A DNA stretch of 64,000 nt. Origin: a virus. The translations under genes and the position numbers were made by a program. Each line of letters opens with the position of its first letter. Position 1 is the stretch's first letter. The stretch covers positions 1-64,000 of the IMG/VR virus record IMGVR_UViG_3300008266_009503. One strand, given 5' to 3'. Under the pieces are notes generated by a model, which had not been told where the DNA came from, did no database searches, and worked only from the letters and a program-made list of their open reading frames with translations. Positions 19,684 to 27,094 of the stretch are shown here, one piece after another.

Positions 19684-20113
19684 ACATACCTATATAATCA
19701 CAAGCCTCTATAAAATCATTTCCAAAATGTTTCATCGATTTAGGATCTGATTTATATGTAAGGTTTTTATACTTAGGCTGAGTTTTTTCTTCTTCTGTTA
19801 AAAATACGGTTTTAATTGCAGACCAGTAAACCTCTTCTGTACTTTTTCCGTTTAAAAAAACAGTTCCTTTTTCTGTTATGTTAAGACTAATTGGATACCA
19901 GATTCTACTCTCTTGATCTTTATACTTAATACCTTTGTAGAGTTCAGGTAAGGTTTCTTCGTAAGCTTCGAAATTAAACTCACCCTCTTTCATTAGATCA
20001 TTCGTTTGAAAACCACACCCCCAACAGAAGTAACTATTCTTACTCTCATTGATAGGAGTTATGTAACATCCATCACATTCACATTTAGGGCATATTGCCA
20101 ATTGATCAGTCAT
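19673..20113 (-). CDS. Zinc-ribbon protein
   Basis: CPKC...CWGCG. Confidence 0.55.
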   Translation of the reverse strand: MTDQLAICPKCECDGCYITPINESKNSYFCWGCGFQTNDLMKEGEFNFEAYEETLPELYKGIKYKDQESRIWYPISLNITEKGTVFLNGKSTEEVYWSAIKTVFLTEEEKTQPKYKNLTYKSDPKSMKHFGNDFIEACDYIGMFDK

Positions 20114-20322
20114 TGAGCTGTTATTTTTTAGTTAGTATATTTTTTTAATTCATCTTCCAACCACTCCTCTTTACTCTTCATTTCAAATAACTGAGCCGCT
20201 TTAGCTGCATTTGGAGATAATATTTTAATTAAATCTTCTTTTATTTTACTATAATCTTCTTTAGCCTCATTATAGTATTTATCTATATTTTCTAATAACT
20301 CTTGTTTAGTCATTGAGCTGTT
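20108..20322. repeat. 15-bp direct repeat AGTCATTGAGCTGTT at 20108-20122 and 20308-20322
   Basis: Identical copies exactly 200 bp apart, flanking one small ORF. Confidence 0.85.
20128..20313 (-). CDS. Small hypothetical protein inside the direct repeat (start MTKQ at 20313)
   Basis: ATG lies inside the repeat copy overlapping the upstream stop. Confidence 0.55.
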   Translation of the reverse strand: MTKQELLENIDKYYNEAKEDYSKIKEDLIKILSPNAAKAAQLFEMKSKEEWLEDELKKYTN

Positions 20323-20536
20323 GTTTAGTTGTATAAGCAATATTTGTTCCTGGAGTATAATAAGATACAGAGGTACTTCCTCCAGTAGTAATCACAGCTG
20401 GTCTTACATACCCTGGTGTATCTGATACTCTTTCTAGTTCTTCCTTAATACGGTCCCATTGCTTGGACGTAAGAGTACTGTAATCACAGGCTTCCATAAA
20501 ACCTCTTAACCAGTTTGTAAATTCGTTAGAAGTCAT
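20306..20536 (-). CDS. Hypothetical protein
   Basis: Small ORF, MTSNEFTNWLRGF. Confidence 0.55.
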   Translation of the reverse strand: MTSNEFTNWLRGFMEACDYSTLTSKQWDRIKEELERVSDTPGYVRPAVITTGGSTSVSYYTPGTNIAYTTKQQLND

Positions 20537-20537
20537 A

Positions 20538-21848
20538 TTACAGTTTTTGTAGTTTGGGTAATTCTATTTTTTTGAGCTGAGGTAGTTTAACCTCTACTTG
20601 CTTAATAACATACCTTTCTAGGTAAGTAGAAAGTAACAGTAACATGTTATCGTAACTAAACTCAGTCTTTACTTTATGCCCTTGCTTCTTAGCTCTCACC
20701 TCATACTTACTGTAGTTTTCAAAAACATCAACCATAGCTTTAGATGCAATAGTAGGATCTACCGAAAACCAAGAAGCTTCCTTAAGTATCATGTTGTTGA
20801 CAGCAGCAGAACTATGTACTGGAGTTATCTCTCCTGGAAGTAATATAGCCATCTCCGGGTCTAGAAAGTCTATATGTCCAGACCATCCTGAAGCTATAAT
20901 AGGTTTTTTCGATAATGTAAACTCGGCAAGAGGTCTTCCATATCCTTCTCCTTTAGTCAGAGACACAAAAGCTTTTACTTTTGGATGATTGTAGAGGTTG
21001 TTAATCTCTTGATCTTCTAAATCTCCATGAACAACGTAGATGTTTGGTAGGTTGTCGCTTTTTATAGAATTTCTTATAATGTTAATCTTCGTCAGTACAT
21101 CTTCTCTGTCCATTATACTTGCTCCTGCTTGAGAAATCTTTAGTATGAGAGCAGGTTGCTTCTTTCTATCTTTAAATGCTTCTAAGAATACCTTAATAAA
21201 CAATCCCGTATTCTTTCTATCCTCTCCTAATGCTCCTTGTAGCCAATGCCCTACATGCAGAAAGCAAAAAGATTCTTTTATAGAGTTTAAATCTACGACT
21301 AGGGAAGTTTTTGTAAGTTCTTTCCCTGTAATATGGAAGTACTTATTAAGATCAACTCCTTCAAAAAGAATTTCGACGGGTTTTTCTAGCTTAATTTTCC
21401 TTTTAACAACATTTGTGTTTTTATCTTTCTCTTCAAAAGTGCTAGCTTCAAAAACTTGCTTAGCGTGACGAGAAGATACTAGGGTAACATTCATTCTATT
21501 ACAGCCTTCAATCCAAGAAGGATCACATACTGTAGTCTCAATACCGGCTGTAACTCCAATGTTGACTTTACCTACTGCTTGAAATTCATTTGGTACTGTA
21601 ATCTGAAACCAAATATCAGGTTGTCTAGGAAGACGTCCGTCGTATATAAACATCTCTTCCATCCACCCCCACTCTTCTTTGTTATTTTCTATAAAGCCCC
21701 AAGGAGTTTGACCCCATCTCTGAGGGAGTACTTTTATTTCCCATTCTTCTTGTTTTAGGTCTCGAATAGCTTTAATAAAGTCTCTTGCTCTTGCTCCATA
21801 GCCGCTGTAAGTATCGGGAGGGGCAGATATAACACACAACTGTTTCAT
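20538..21848 (-). CDS. Glycosyltransferase family 4 (GT-B)
   Basis: SGYG, RKN, TKGEGYGRPLAE, SGHIDF. Confidence 0.85.
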   Translation of the reverse strand: MKQLCVISAPPDTYSGYGARARDFIKAIRDLKQEEWEIKVLPQRWGQTPWGFIENNKEEWGWMEEMFIYDGRLPRQPDIWFQITVPNEFQAVGKVNIGVTAGIETTVCDPSWIEGCNRMNVTLVSSRHAKQVFEASTFEEKDKNTNVVKRKIKLEKPVEILFEGVDLNKYFHITGKELTKTSLVVDLNSIKESFCFLHVGHWLQGALGEDRKNTGLFIKVFLEAFKDRKKQPALILKISQAGASIMDREDVLTKINIIRNSIKSDNLPNIYVVHGDLEDQEINNLYNHPKVKAFVSLTKGEGYGRPLAEFTLSKKPIIASGWSGHIDFLDPEMAILLPGEITPVHSSAAVNNMILKEASWFSVDPTIASKAMVDVFENYSKYEVRAKKQGHKVKTEFSYDNMLLLLSTYLERYVIKQVEVKLPQLKKIELPKLQKL

Positions 21849-21871
21849 ATTATAAATGTAGTTAAGATTAA

Positions 21872-23323
21872 TTAATAAACCAACGGATGCACCATGGCTT
21901 TTCTTCCAAGTTTTTCTACTTTAATGAATTCGTATTCAAACCGCGGTTCCCACTTCTTAAAAGTTTCTTCAATAGAATCAATAACATTCTCACACATCAA
22001 CCTGGCAGACATCATAGACTCATCCGAGGTTACCCACTCACGAGCTGCTTTACTAATCTCTGCATAACGTTCTGGTGTTTCTATTTTAGTTCGGTAAGCT
22101 TTTTCAATCTGATCTGCTATTTCTCTAAAGTCTGCTCTATCGTCCCAAATATAAGGGGTAGGTATAGATCCTACAATACTAGTACTTTTAGGATAGACCG
22201 GGAATGCCCACTCTCCATGCTTTTTAGAAGTACCAAAATGATTAGAAGGAAACTTATCATTAAACTTAATCCAATCTCCGTTCTCGTCTTCGAACCTCAT
22301 CTGATCTTGCATACCTCCTGTTACTGTAGCGATAATAGGTTTACCGCACATCATACCTTCTGTTAAAGATAATCCCCATCCTTCGTTGGAAGAAACCAGA
22401 GCTACTACATCGCCGCAGTTATACATTAAATTCATCTCTTGAGTAGAGTATCTGTAATCCGAAAAAACTACTCTCTGGTATTCAGGGTCACAAAAAAGGT
22501 CTACTACTACAGGAAGATCTGTTCCATTTTCGTCCCTAGGTTGAGTGTGTAGTAATAGAGCACATTTCTTTGCTGCTTCCTTACCTATGCTGTCACAAAA
22601 CAAAGCATAAGCGGCAACCAAGTCGGAAGTACTCTTACGCCTAATATTTCTTGCATTGTACGTAACAACAAACTCGGGTTGATTATCTCCGAAGTATTTT
22701 TGTCTCATCTCCTGCAACTTACTATAATCTTCAGTCTTATCAGGAGTGATAGGGTAGAACATATTTTCGTTAATCCCATGAGGTACATACTTAATGATCT
22801 TTCCCTTAGCTTTATCTCCTAATACCATCCTGTTAATATTTTCAGTCTGTTTAGAGATAGCCATTAGGGTATCACAGGATTCATAGTATACTTTGTTGTA
22901 AAGCGGTGCAGGAAGATCATCCCAGATGTTTAAATAGATCATAGGGATTTTTCTCCTAACTTCATTTTCCATTTGAAATAACCATATCCAATACCTTGGA
23001 TCAGTAAAGAATATAATCGCGTCAGGTTTTTCAATGTGTAAAAATTGACGAAGTAGTTCCTGAGAACCGTACCCAGACGAAGGGTAAATGTATACAGAAG
23101 CATCAGGAATGCCTGCAATGTTGCTGGTATCTTGTGATACGTCTAACTTTTTACCTACCTCTGGATGATTAATTGCAGCACCTAAATTAACCCAGTTGTA
23201 CTTGTGTGCAGTACCTATGACAATCTCTTTAGCCATAGTCGAGATACCGGAAGTAAATCTAATATCATCGCATAGAAAAAGAATCTTCTTTCTCTGTTCT
23301 CTTGGAATGTAACCTTTTTTCAT
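21872..23323 (-). CDS. Glycosyltransferase family 4 (GT-B)
   Basis: VPHGIN, RNIRRK, SSNEGWGLSLTEGM, TGGMQDQ. Confidence 0.88.
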   Translation of the reverse strand: MKKGYIPREQRKKILFLCDDIRFTSGISTMAKEIVIGTAHKYNWVNLGAAINHPEVGKKLDVSQDTSNIAGIPDASVYIYPSSGYGSQELLRQFLHIEKPDAIIFFTDPRYWIWLFQMENEVRRKIPMIYLNIWDDLPAPLYNKVYYESCDTLMAISKQTENINRMVLGDKAKGKIIKYVPHGINENMFYPITPDKTEDYSKLQEMRQKYFGDNQPEFVVTYNARNIRRKSTSDLVAAYALFCDSIGKEAAKKCALLLHTQPRDENGTDLPVVVDLFCDPEYQRVVFSDYRYSTQEMNLMYNCGDVVALVSSNEGWGLSLTEGMMCGKPIIATVTGGMQDQMRFEDENGDWIKFNDKFPSNHFGTSKKHGEWAFPVYPKSTSIVGSIPTPYIWDDRADFREIADQIEKAYRTKIETPERYAEISKAAREWVTSDESMMSARLMCENVIDSIEETFKKWEPRFEYEFIKVEKLGRKAMVHPLVY

Positions 23324-23328
23324 GTAAC

Positions 23329-23535
23329 TTATTCTGATGGTTTTATGTAGCGAGCGTTTAATTGATTGTTAATCTTCTTTCTAAATTCTTCCTCTGTTAG
23401 GTATAAGAACATTGCTCTCTCTAACAGATTTCTCATAGTAATTTTATTCTTTACAGCTTCAGCTTTAAAATTCTCGAATAACTCATCCTGAAGTCTTACT
23501 GTTGTGAGTATATCCCCTTTTTTTCCAATGTGCAT
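23329..23535 (-). CDS. Ribbon-helix-helix-like DNA-binding protein
   Basis: TTVRLQDELFENFK...TMRNLLERAMFLY pattern. Confidence 0.55.
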   Translation of the reverse strand: MHIGKKGDILTTVRLQDELFENFKAEAVKNKITMRNLLERAMFLYLTEEEFRKKINNQLNARYIKPSE

Positions 23536-23585
23536 AGTTTTCTATTTTATAATAAATAGATAGTACTATATATAGAATTATATAT

Positions 23586-24455
23586 CTAGTTATTTTTTTT
23601 ATCACAGAGATTAGGTTTATCGTTGTATGGACAAAACTTACATTTTTTAGGGTCTTTAGGATACTCTTTTTCCCGGTAGTCTCCTTCCGGTGTGAATGCC
23701 TCTACAACAAACTTCTGAATATCTTCAAAAGCGTCTTTTACTTTCTTAGTTCCGTTTGCAGGTATAAACTCTTGAACTCTCTTAGGTGCAAATTCTAAAT
23801 TCTCATTGATTTTCCTACGTACTATGAAAAATTGAACGTCTATCTTATCTTCCGGGATTCCCTTTAAATTTGAAAAGAATCTCTTGTATAAGAGTATTTG
23901 ATTCACCTTTACCTGGTCTTTCTTTTCGTAATCAGACCAGCCTCTAGTAGAAGTTTTAATATCGTAGACTGTATACTTATCTAGAATTTTATCATAGGTT
24001 ATTAAATCAATAAAACCTTTCATAGTGACTCCAGGAACACTCTCTACGATAGGTCCGTTAATAGGAATCTCTATACCAATAAGCTCAGTATTCTTTTTAC
24101 TAAAGAACAAATTCCTCTTCTTCTTAAAAAAATCTAAGATAGATACTGCATCCTCGTAAAACTCTGAAAGTTCTTCTGGAGTAGAGAAATGGTCTGGTTG
24201 ACAGTTTTCTCTGTAAAGCTCTATAAACTTTGTTTTAAAGTAAGTCGGAAGGTGTATCTTATCTGCTGCAGTGGCGGATTCCTCATACATAACTTTCAGG
24301 TAGTTCTGCAGGGTCTCATGAAAAGCAGTACCGAATATTAAATGTATACTAGGTTTAAACGGCTGAAGCTTTTTAACGTAGTCAAGATACCACCGGTAGT
24401 TACACTGTTTGTAAATAGAGTATTGTGAAAATGAAACTGTCTTACCTTTGACCAT
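23586..24455 (-). CDS. PD-(D/E)xK exonuclease (RecB/AddB/Cas4-like)
   Basis: FGTAFHE, GFIDL, YDIKTS, Q..LY; Cys cluster C...CKFC...C. Confidence 0.85.
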   Translation of the reverse strand: MVKGKTVSFSQYSIYKQCNYRWYLDYVKKLQPFKPSIHLIFGTAFHETLQNYLKVMYEESATAADKIHLPTYFKTKFIELYRENCQPDHFSTPEELSEFYEDAVSILDFFKKKRNLFFSKKNTELIGIEIPINGPIVESVPGVTMKGFIDLITYDKILDKYTVYDIKTSTRGWSDYEKKDQVKVNQILLYKRFFSNLKGIPEDKIDVQFFIVRRKINENLEFAPKRVQEFIPANGTKKVKDAFEDIQKFVVEAFTPEGDYREKEYPKDPKKCKFCPYNDKPNLCDKKNN

Positions 24456-24837
24456 ACAACTCTCTTATTTTTACTCCTAGTTCTAAATCATTAGAATACT
24501 GTTTAGTTAAATCTTGAACTGTATTGAGAGTTGTGATTTCTTTTTTTAAATACTGAGCTAGGTCAAGAGCTTCTTCGTAGGCATGCTGTAGCATATTCTG
24601 ATGATTATTTTCTGCTAGAGTTGTATTATATTTTTCTACACCTCTTTTTGCTCTAGAAGTTAAGTCCTTCATTACTTCCCAAGTAATATCGTCTTTGGGT
24701 CTATCTATTTTATCATTCACCTGGTAAAAATTTACGTCTATAAAAGTTTCTTCGCTTTCTTTTTCAGCACACTTCCAACACCATCCCTCCTCGTCTGTAG
24801 CCCACGGATGCCAAATACACTTATCTACTAAGTTCAT
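24442..24837 (-). CDS. Putative all-alpha NTP pyrophosphohydrolase (MazG-like)
   Basis: GVEKYNTTL...HAYEEALDLAQY acidic helix motif. Confidence 0.45.
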   Translation of the reverse strand: MNLVDKCIWHPWATDEEGWCWKCAEKESEETFIDVNFYQVNDKIDRPKDDITWEVMKDLTSRAKRGVEKYNTTLAENNHQNMLQHAYEEALDLAQYLKKEITTLNTVQDLTKQYSNDLELGVKIRELYGQR

Positions 24838-25056
24838 TTATTGCAAATCTTTTGGTAAAAATTCTACGTTTACATGTCCGCATTTACTACAAGAAAAACT
24901 CGGGACAGGAATCAAAGCATCTTGATCAGTTCCTGTAATAAACTTACTTACTTTGCGGAGAAACGTGACTTGTATAAAACTCTCGTTGCTACATTCTTCG
25001 CAAACGATAGGAGTAGTCTTATCTAATGAAATGTTGAGGTTAAAATTTTGTGACAT
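24838..25056 (-). CDS. Zinc-ribbon protein
   Basis: CEEC...CSKCG. Confidence 0.55.
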   Translation of the reverse strand: MSQNFNLNISLDKTTPIVCEECSNESFIQVTFLRKVSKFITGTDQDALIPVPSFSCSKCGHVNVEFLPKDLQ

Positions 25057-25164
25057 AGTATTTTATTTATAATTGAATATTAAAAAGAAAAAAGCAACCT
25101 ACCAACTTTTAGCTTGACTTTTGAATTTAATAATCAAGACAGAATTCGAACCTATACGTAGTAG

Positions 25165-25353
25165 TTATTGCTTAATATAGACTAACTTACCGCCTCTAGG
25201 ATTATTGTAGTAGTATCCGTTCGATGTTTTTATAGGTCTAATATAATCTTCCTCTTTGGATAACTCTACCAGTCCATTATTCACTACGGGTTTAGTACTT
25301 ACACATCCTGATAGGAGTAATAAGAGCAGTGCAACTTTCCAAACTAAGTTCAT
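25165..25353 (-). CDS. Small lipoprotein (start MNLVWK at 25353)
   Basis: Lipobox LLSGC; the longer listed ORF overlaps tRNA-Leu. Confidence 0.55.
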   Translation of the reverse strand: MNLVWKVALLLLLLSGCVSTKPVVNNGLVELSKEEDYIRPIKTSNGYYYNNPRGGKLVYIKQ

Positions 25354-25374
25354 ATGGATTTCTATTAACGTATG

Positions 25375-25456
25375 TGCCCTGAGTCGGACTCGAACCGACA
25401 TGCCTTGCGGCGCTAGATCCTAAGTCTAGTCTGTCTACCAATTTCAGCATCGGGGC
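25375..25456 (-). tRNA. tRNA-Leu(UAG)
   Basis: GCCCCGA/TCAGGGC acceptor (one mismatch), CTAGA-CTTAGGA-TCTAG anticodon arm, long variable arm, GTTCGAGTC T-loop; CCA not encoded. Confidence 0.9.
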
Positions 25457-25577
25457 TGGTCGGGTCTCTCCCCGTGGTCACTTTCTGAGTTTCATTACCG
25501 GCGGTCGCACTGTACCTAGCCTAGACAAGCTGTACAGATTCTCCATTTAGGGCCCTCTTTAAGTTACTTTCCCCTCG
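25457..25577 (-). ncRNA. Unidentified structured RNA 1
   Basis: GC-rich spacer; CTGTAC/GTACAG stem; 3' TGACCA-CGGG-AGAGA-CCCG-ACCA abutting the tRNA-Leu 5' end. Confidence 0.5.
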
Positions 25578-25655
25578 CAGTCAGGACAGGATTCGAACCT
25601 GTGACGTACCACCACGGAATGAAAATAATGTACAAAAACGTTCCGCCACCCGACT
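25578..25655 (-). ncRNA. tRNA-like element C (degenerate D and anticodon arms)
   Basis: AGTCGGG/CCTGACT acceptor, ACAGG-TTCGAAT-CCTGT T-arm; no canonical anticodon loop. Confidence 0.7.
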
Positions 25656-25788
25656 ATAGAGTGGGTCTATTCCCCACAGTCAGAAGAACTTGATACTTAC
25701 CTACGCACCGTGAGGTATTCTTCGTGTTCGTTCGCATTGCCTTAGCAGTGTCTAGTATGCCTTCGGTTGCCGTGCGTGTTAAAGTTTC
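25656..25788 (-). ncRNA. Unidentified structured RNA 2
   Basis: ACGCAC/GTGCGT, GAAGAA/TTCTTC and TACCT/AGGTA pairings; 3' TGACT-GTGGG-GAATAGA-CCCAC hairpin similar to RNA 1. Confidence 0.5.
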
Positions 25789-26064
25789 TTATTTTCCATG
25801 AATTAAAAGTGATAAATAGATTCCTATAAGGGATCCTACTAATCCACCTAAGGCGTAACCAAACCAGAGATGCCAAGAGTCTTCAGACTTAGCTATCTTC
25901 TTAATAATAAAGAAGCTAAAAGAAGCCAAAACAAAATCTGATATTCCACTCCAAAAGTAACTTGCTTGCGCAACTGCTCTATAGTTAACAACTATTAATC
26001 CGTAATTAATGACTTGAGTAAAAAACAATAGGCTCATGTCTTTAAAATCTTTCCATGTTTTCAT
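25789..26064 (-). CDS. Small multi-TM membrane protein
   Basis: Three hydrophobic segments; YALGGLVGSLIG. Confidence 0.6.
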   Translation of the reverse strand: MKTWKDFKDMSLLFFTQVINYGLIVVNYRAVAQASYFWSGISDFVLASFSFFIIKKIAKSEDSWHLWFGYALGGLVGSLIGIYLSLLIHGK

Positions 26065-26078
26065 ATAAAAATCATTTG

Positions 26079-26149
26079 TAGTCAGGGCAGGATTCGAACC
26101 TACAACGGAAACTATCGCAACCGCTTTTCCAAGTTTAAGCTACCTGACT
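26079..26149 (-). ncRNA. tRNA-like element B (shortened, no proper anticodon arm)
   Basis: AGTCAGG/CCTGACT acceptor, GCTT/AAGC D-stem, GTAGG-TTCGAAT-CCTGC T-arm; only 19 nt between D- and T-arms. Confidence 0.7.
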
Positions 26150-26252
26150 ATTTAGGAAAGCAGAAGATGGGTGAGTGGACATCTGCTTTTATGATTGGCG
26201 TTTCTAACCGAGTTTCCAATCAACCTTTTAGACTTCACTGTGTTCAGAAGTT
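26150..26252 (-). ncRNA. Unidentified three-hairpin structured RNA 3
   Basis: ACTTC/GAAGT, TGATTGG/CCAATCA and AAAGCAGA/TCTGCTTT stems. Confidence 0.45.
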
Positions 26253-26588
26253 TAGTTACTGTTCTATGACTAGTTTTTATTTTTTATTAATTAACCTGTT
26301 TTCTAACTTGTCTAATCTAGAATCTAATTGACCGAATATTTCTTTTTCAAATAAATCTACCCTCCGGTGAATTTGTGTATTCTCTTCGGCTATACTTTGA
26401 TAAATTTGATTGATGGCTGTATTAAGGTATCTTTGAATTTCATCTAATTCATTTTTTACTTTGATTACCTTAACGAAAGCATAAGTTGCAACTACAGTTA
26501 AAGCTATAACCACAATAAATGCTATCCCTAAAATAAATGATAGTGTTTCCATAATTTATTTCTCCTTTATGTCAAAGAACAGTAACTA
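26253..26588. repeat. 18-bp inverted repeat (1 mismatch) enclosing ORF 26277..26552; upstream arm contains boxA-like GTTCTTTGACAT
   Basis: TAGTTACTGTTCTATGAC at 26253-26270 vs GTCAAAGAACAGTAACTA at 26571-26588. Confidence 0.85.
26277..26552 (-). CDS. Single-TM coiled-coil membrane protein
   Basis: N-terminal TM, C-terminal coiled coil; AAGGAG SD-like site upstream. Confidence 0.65.
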   Translation of the reverse strand: METLSFILGIAFIVVIALTVVATYAFVKVIKVKNELDEIQRYLNTAINQIYQSIAEENTQIHRRVDLFEKEIFGQLDSRLDKLENRLINKK

Positions 26589-26590
26589 GG

Positions 26591-26746
26591 CTGTCAGGGA
26601 AGGATTCGAACCTCCATGCTGTGATTCGGTAGTAGACAAAATAGCCGGCTTTGTGGTCAACCCATATCCAGTTACCTATCTCAAATTCAGCGCCCACGAG
26701 ACGAGTGGGTGTGTATGCCGTGGATATATCCTTTCACCACCTGACA
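26591..26746 (-). ncRNA. tRNA-like element A with giant variable arm and enlarged D-loop
   Basis: TGTCAGG/CCTGACA acceptor; CCCAC-TCGTCTC-GTGGG arm lacking U33 and purine 37; roughly 77-nt GCTG...CAGC-closed insert; GGAGG-TTCGAAT-CCTTC T-arm. Confidence 0.7.
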
Positions 26747-26751
26747 ATTAA

Positions 26752-26979
26752 TTAAAATATGTCGTTATTCCTTCTCTTAGCTTCTTCGGCTTCTTTGTAG
26801 ATACGAATCCAAATAAGAGTAATGTCGACAATAGCGAGTACGGGTGCAAAGACTATAATAGCAAGAGTTTCTAATCCCGGTGTAGTACCAGTGACGCCGT
26901 CCATAGAAGTACGTTTATAACTCTTAAAGACTCTCCAAAGACAGTACGTAACACTTACAAGATAGATATAAAAAAACAT
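26752..26979 (-). CDS. Small two-TM membrane protein
   Basis: Two hydrophobic segments. Confidence 0.55.
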   Translation of the reverse strand: MFFYIYLVSVTYCLWRVFKSYKRTSMDGVTGTTPGLETLAIIVFAPVLAIVDITLIWIRIYKEAEEAKRRNNDIF

Positions 26980-26993
26980 AATTTAAACTTTAG

Positions 26994-27079
26994 TACCGGG
27001 AGCGGGACTCGAACCCGCACGGGCTTTTTCTGCCCAAAGGATTTTAAGTCCTCCTCGGCTACCTTTACGACACCCCGGC
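26994..27079 (-). tRNA. tRNA-Leu(UAA)
   Basis: GCCGGGG/TCCCGGT acceptor, GAGGA-CTTAAAA-TCCTT anticodon arm, GGGC/GCCC variable arm, GTTCGAGTC T-loop. Confidence 0.9.
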
Positions 27080-27094
27080 ATTGATTATAAAATG

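Noticed and set aside
6428-23323. Bacterial O-antigen/capsule locus (host contamination)
   Set aside because: No wzx/wzy/wzm/wzt genes; same strand, gene packing and promoter motifs as the flanking phage genes.
25354-25401. N-terminal extension of ORF 25165..25401
   Set aside because: Overlaps tRNA-Leu(UAG); the ATG at 25353 gives a clean lipoprotein signal.
25457-26252. Theta/HDV-like, pistol or twister ribozymes next to the tRNA-like elements
   Set aside because: The required nested pseudoknots and catalytic consensus could not be fitted by eye; not excluded without a covariance-model search.
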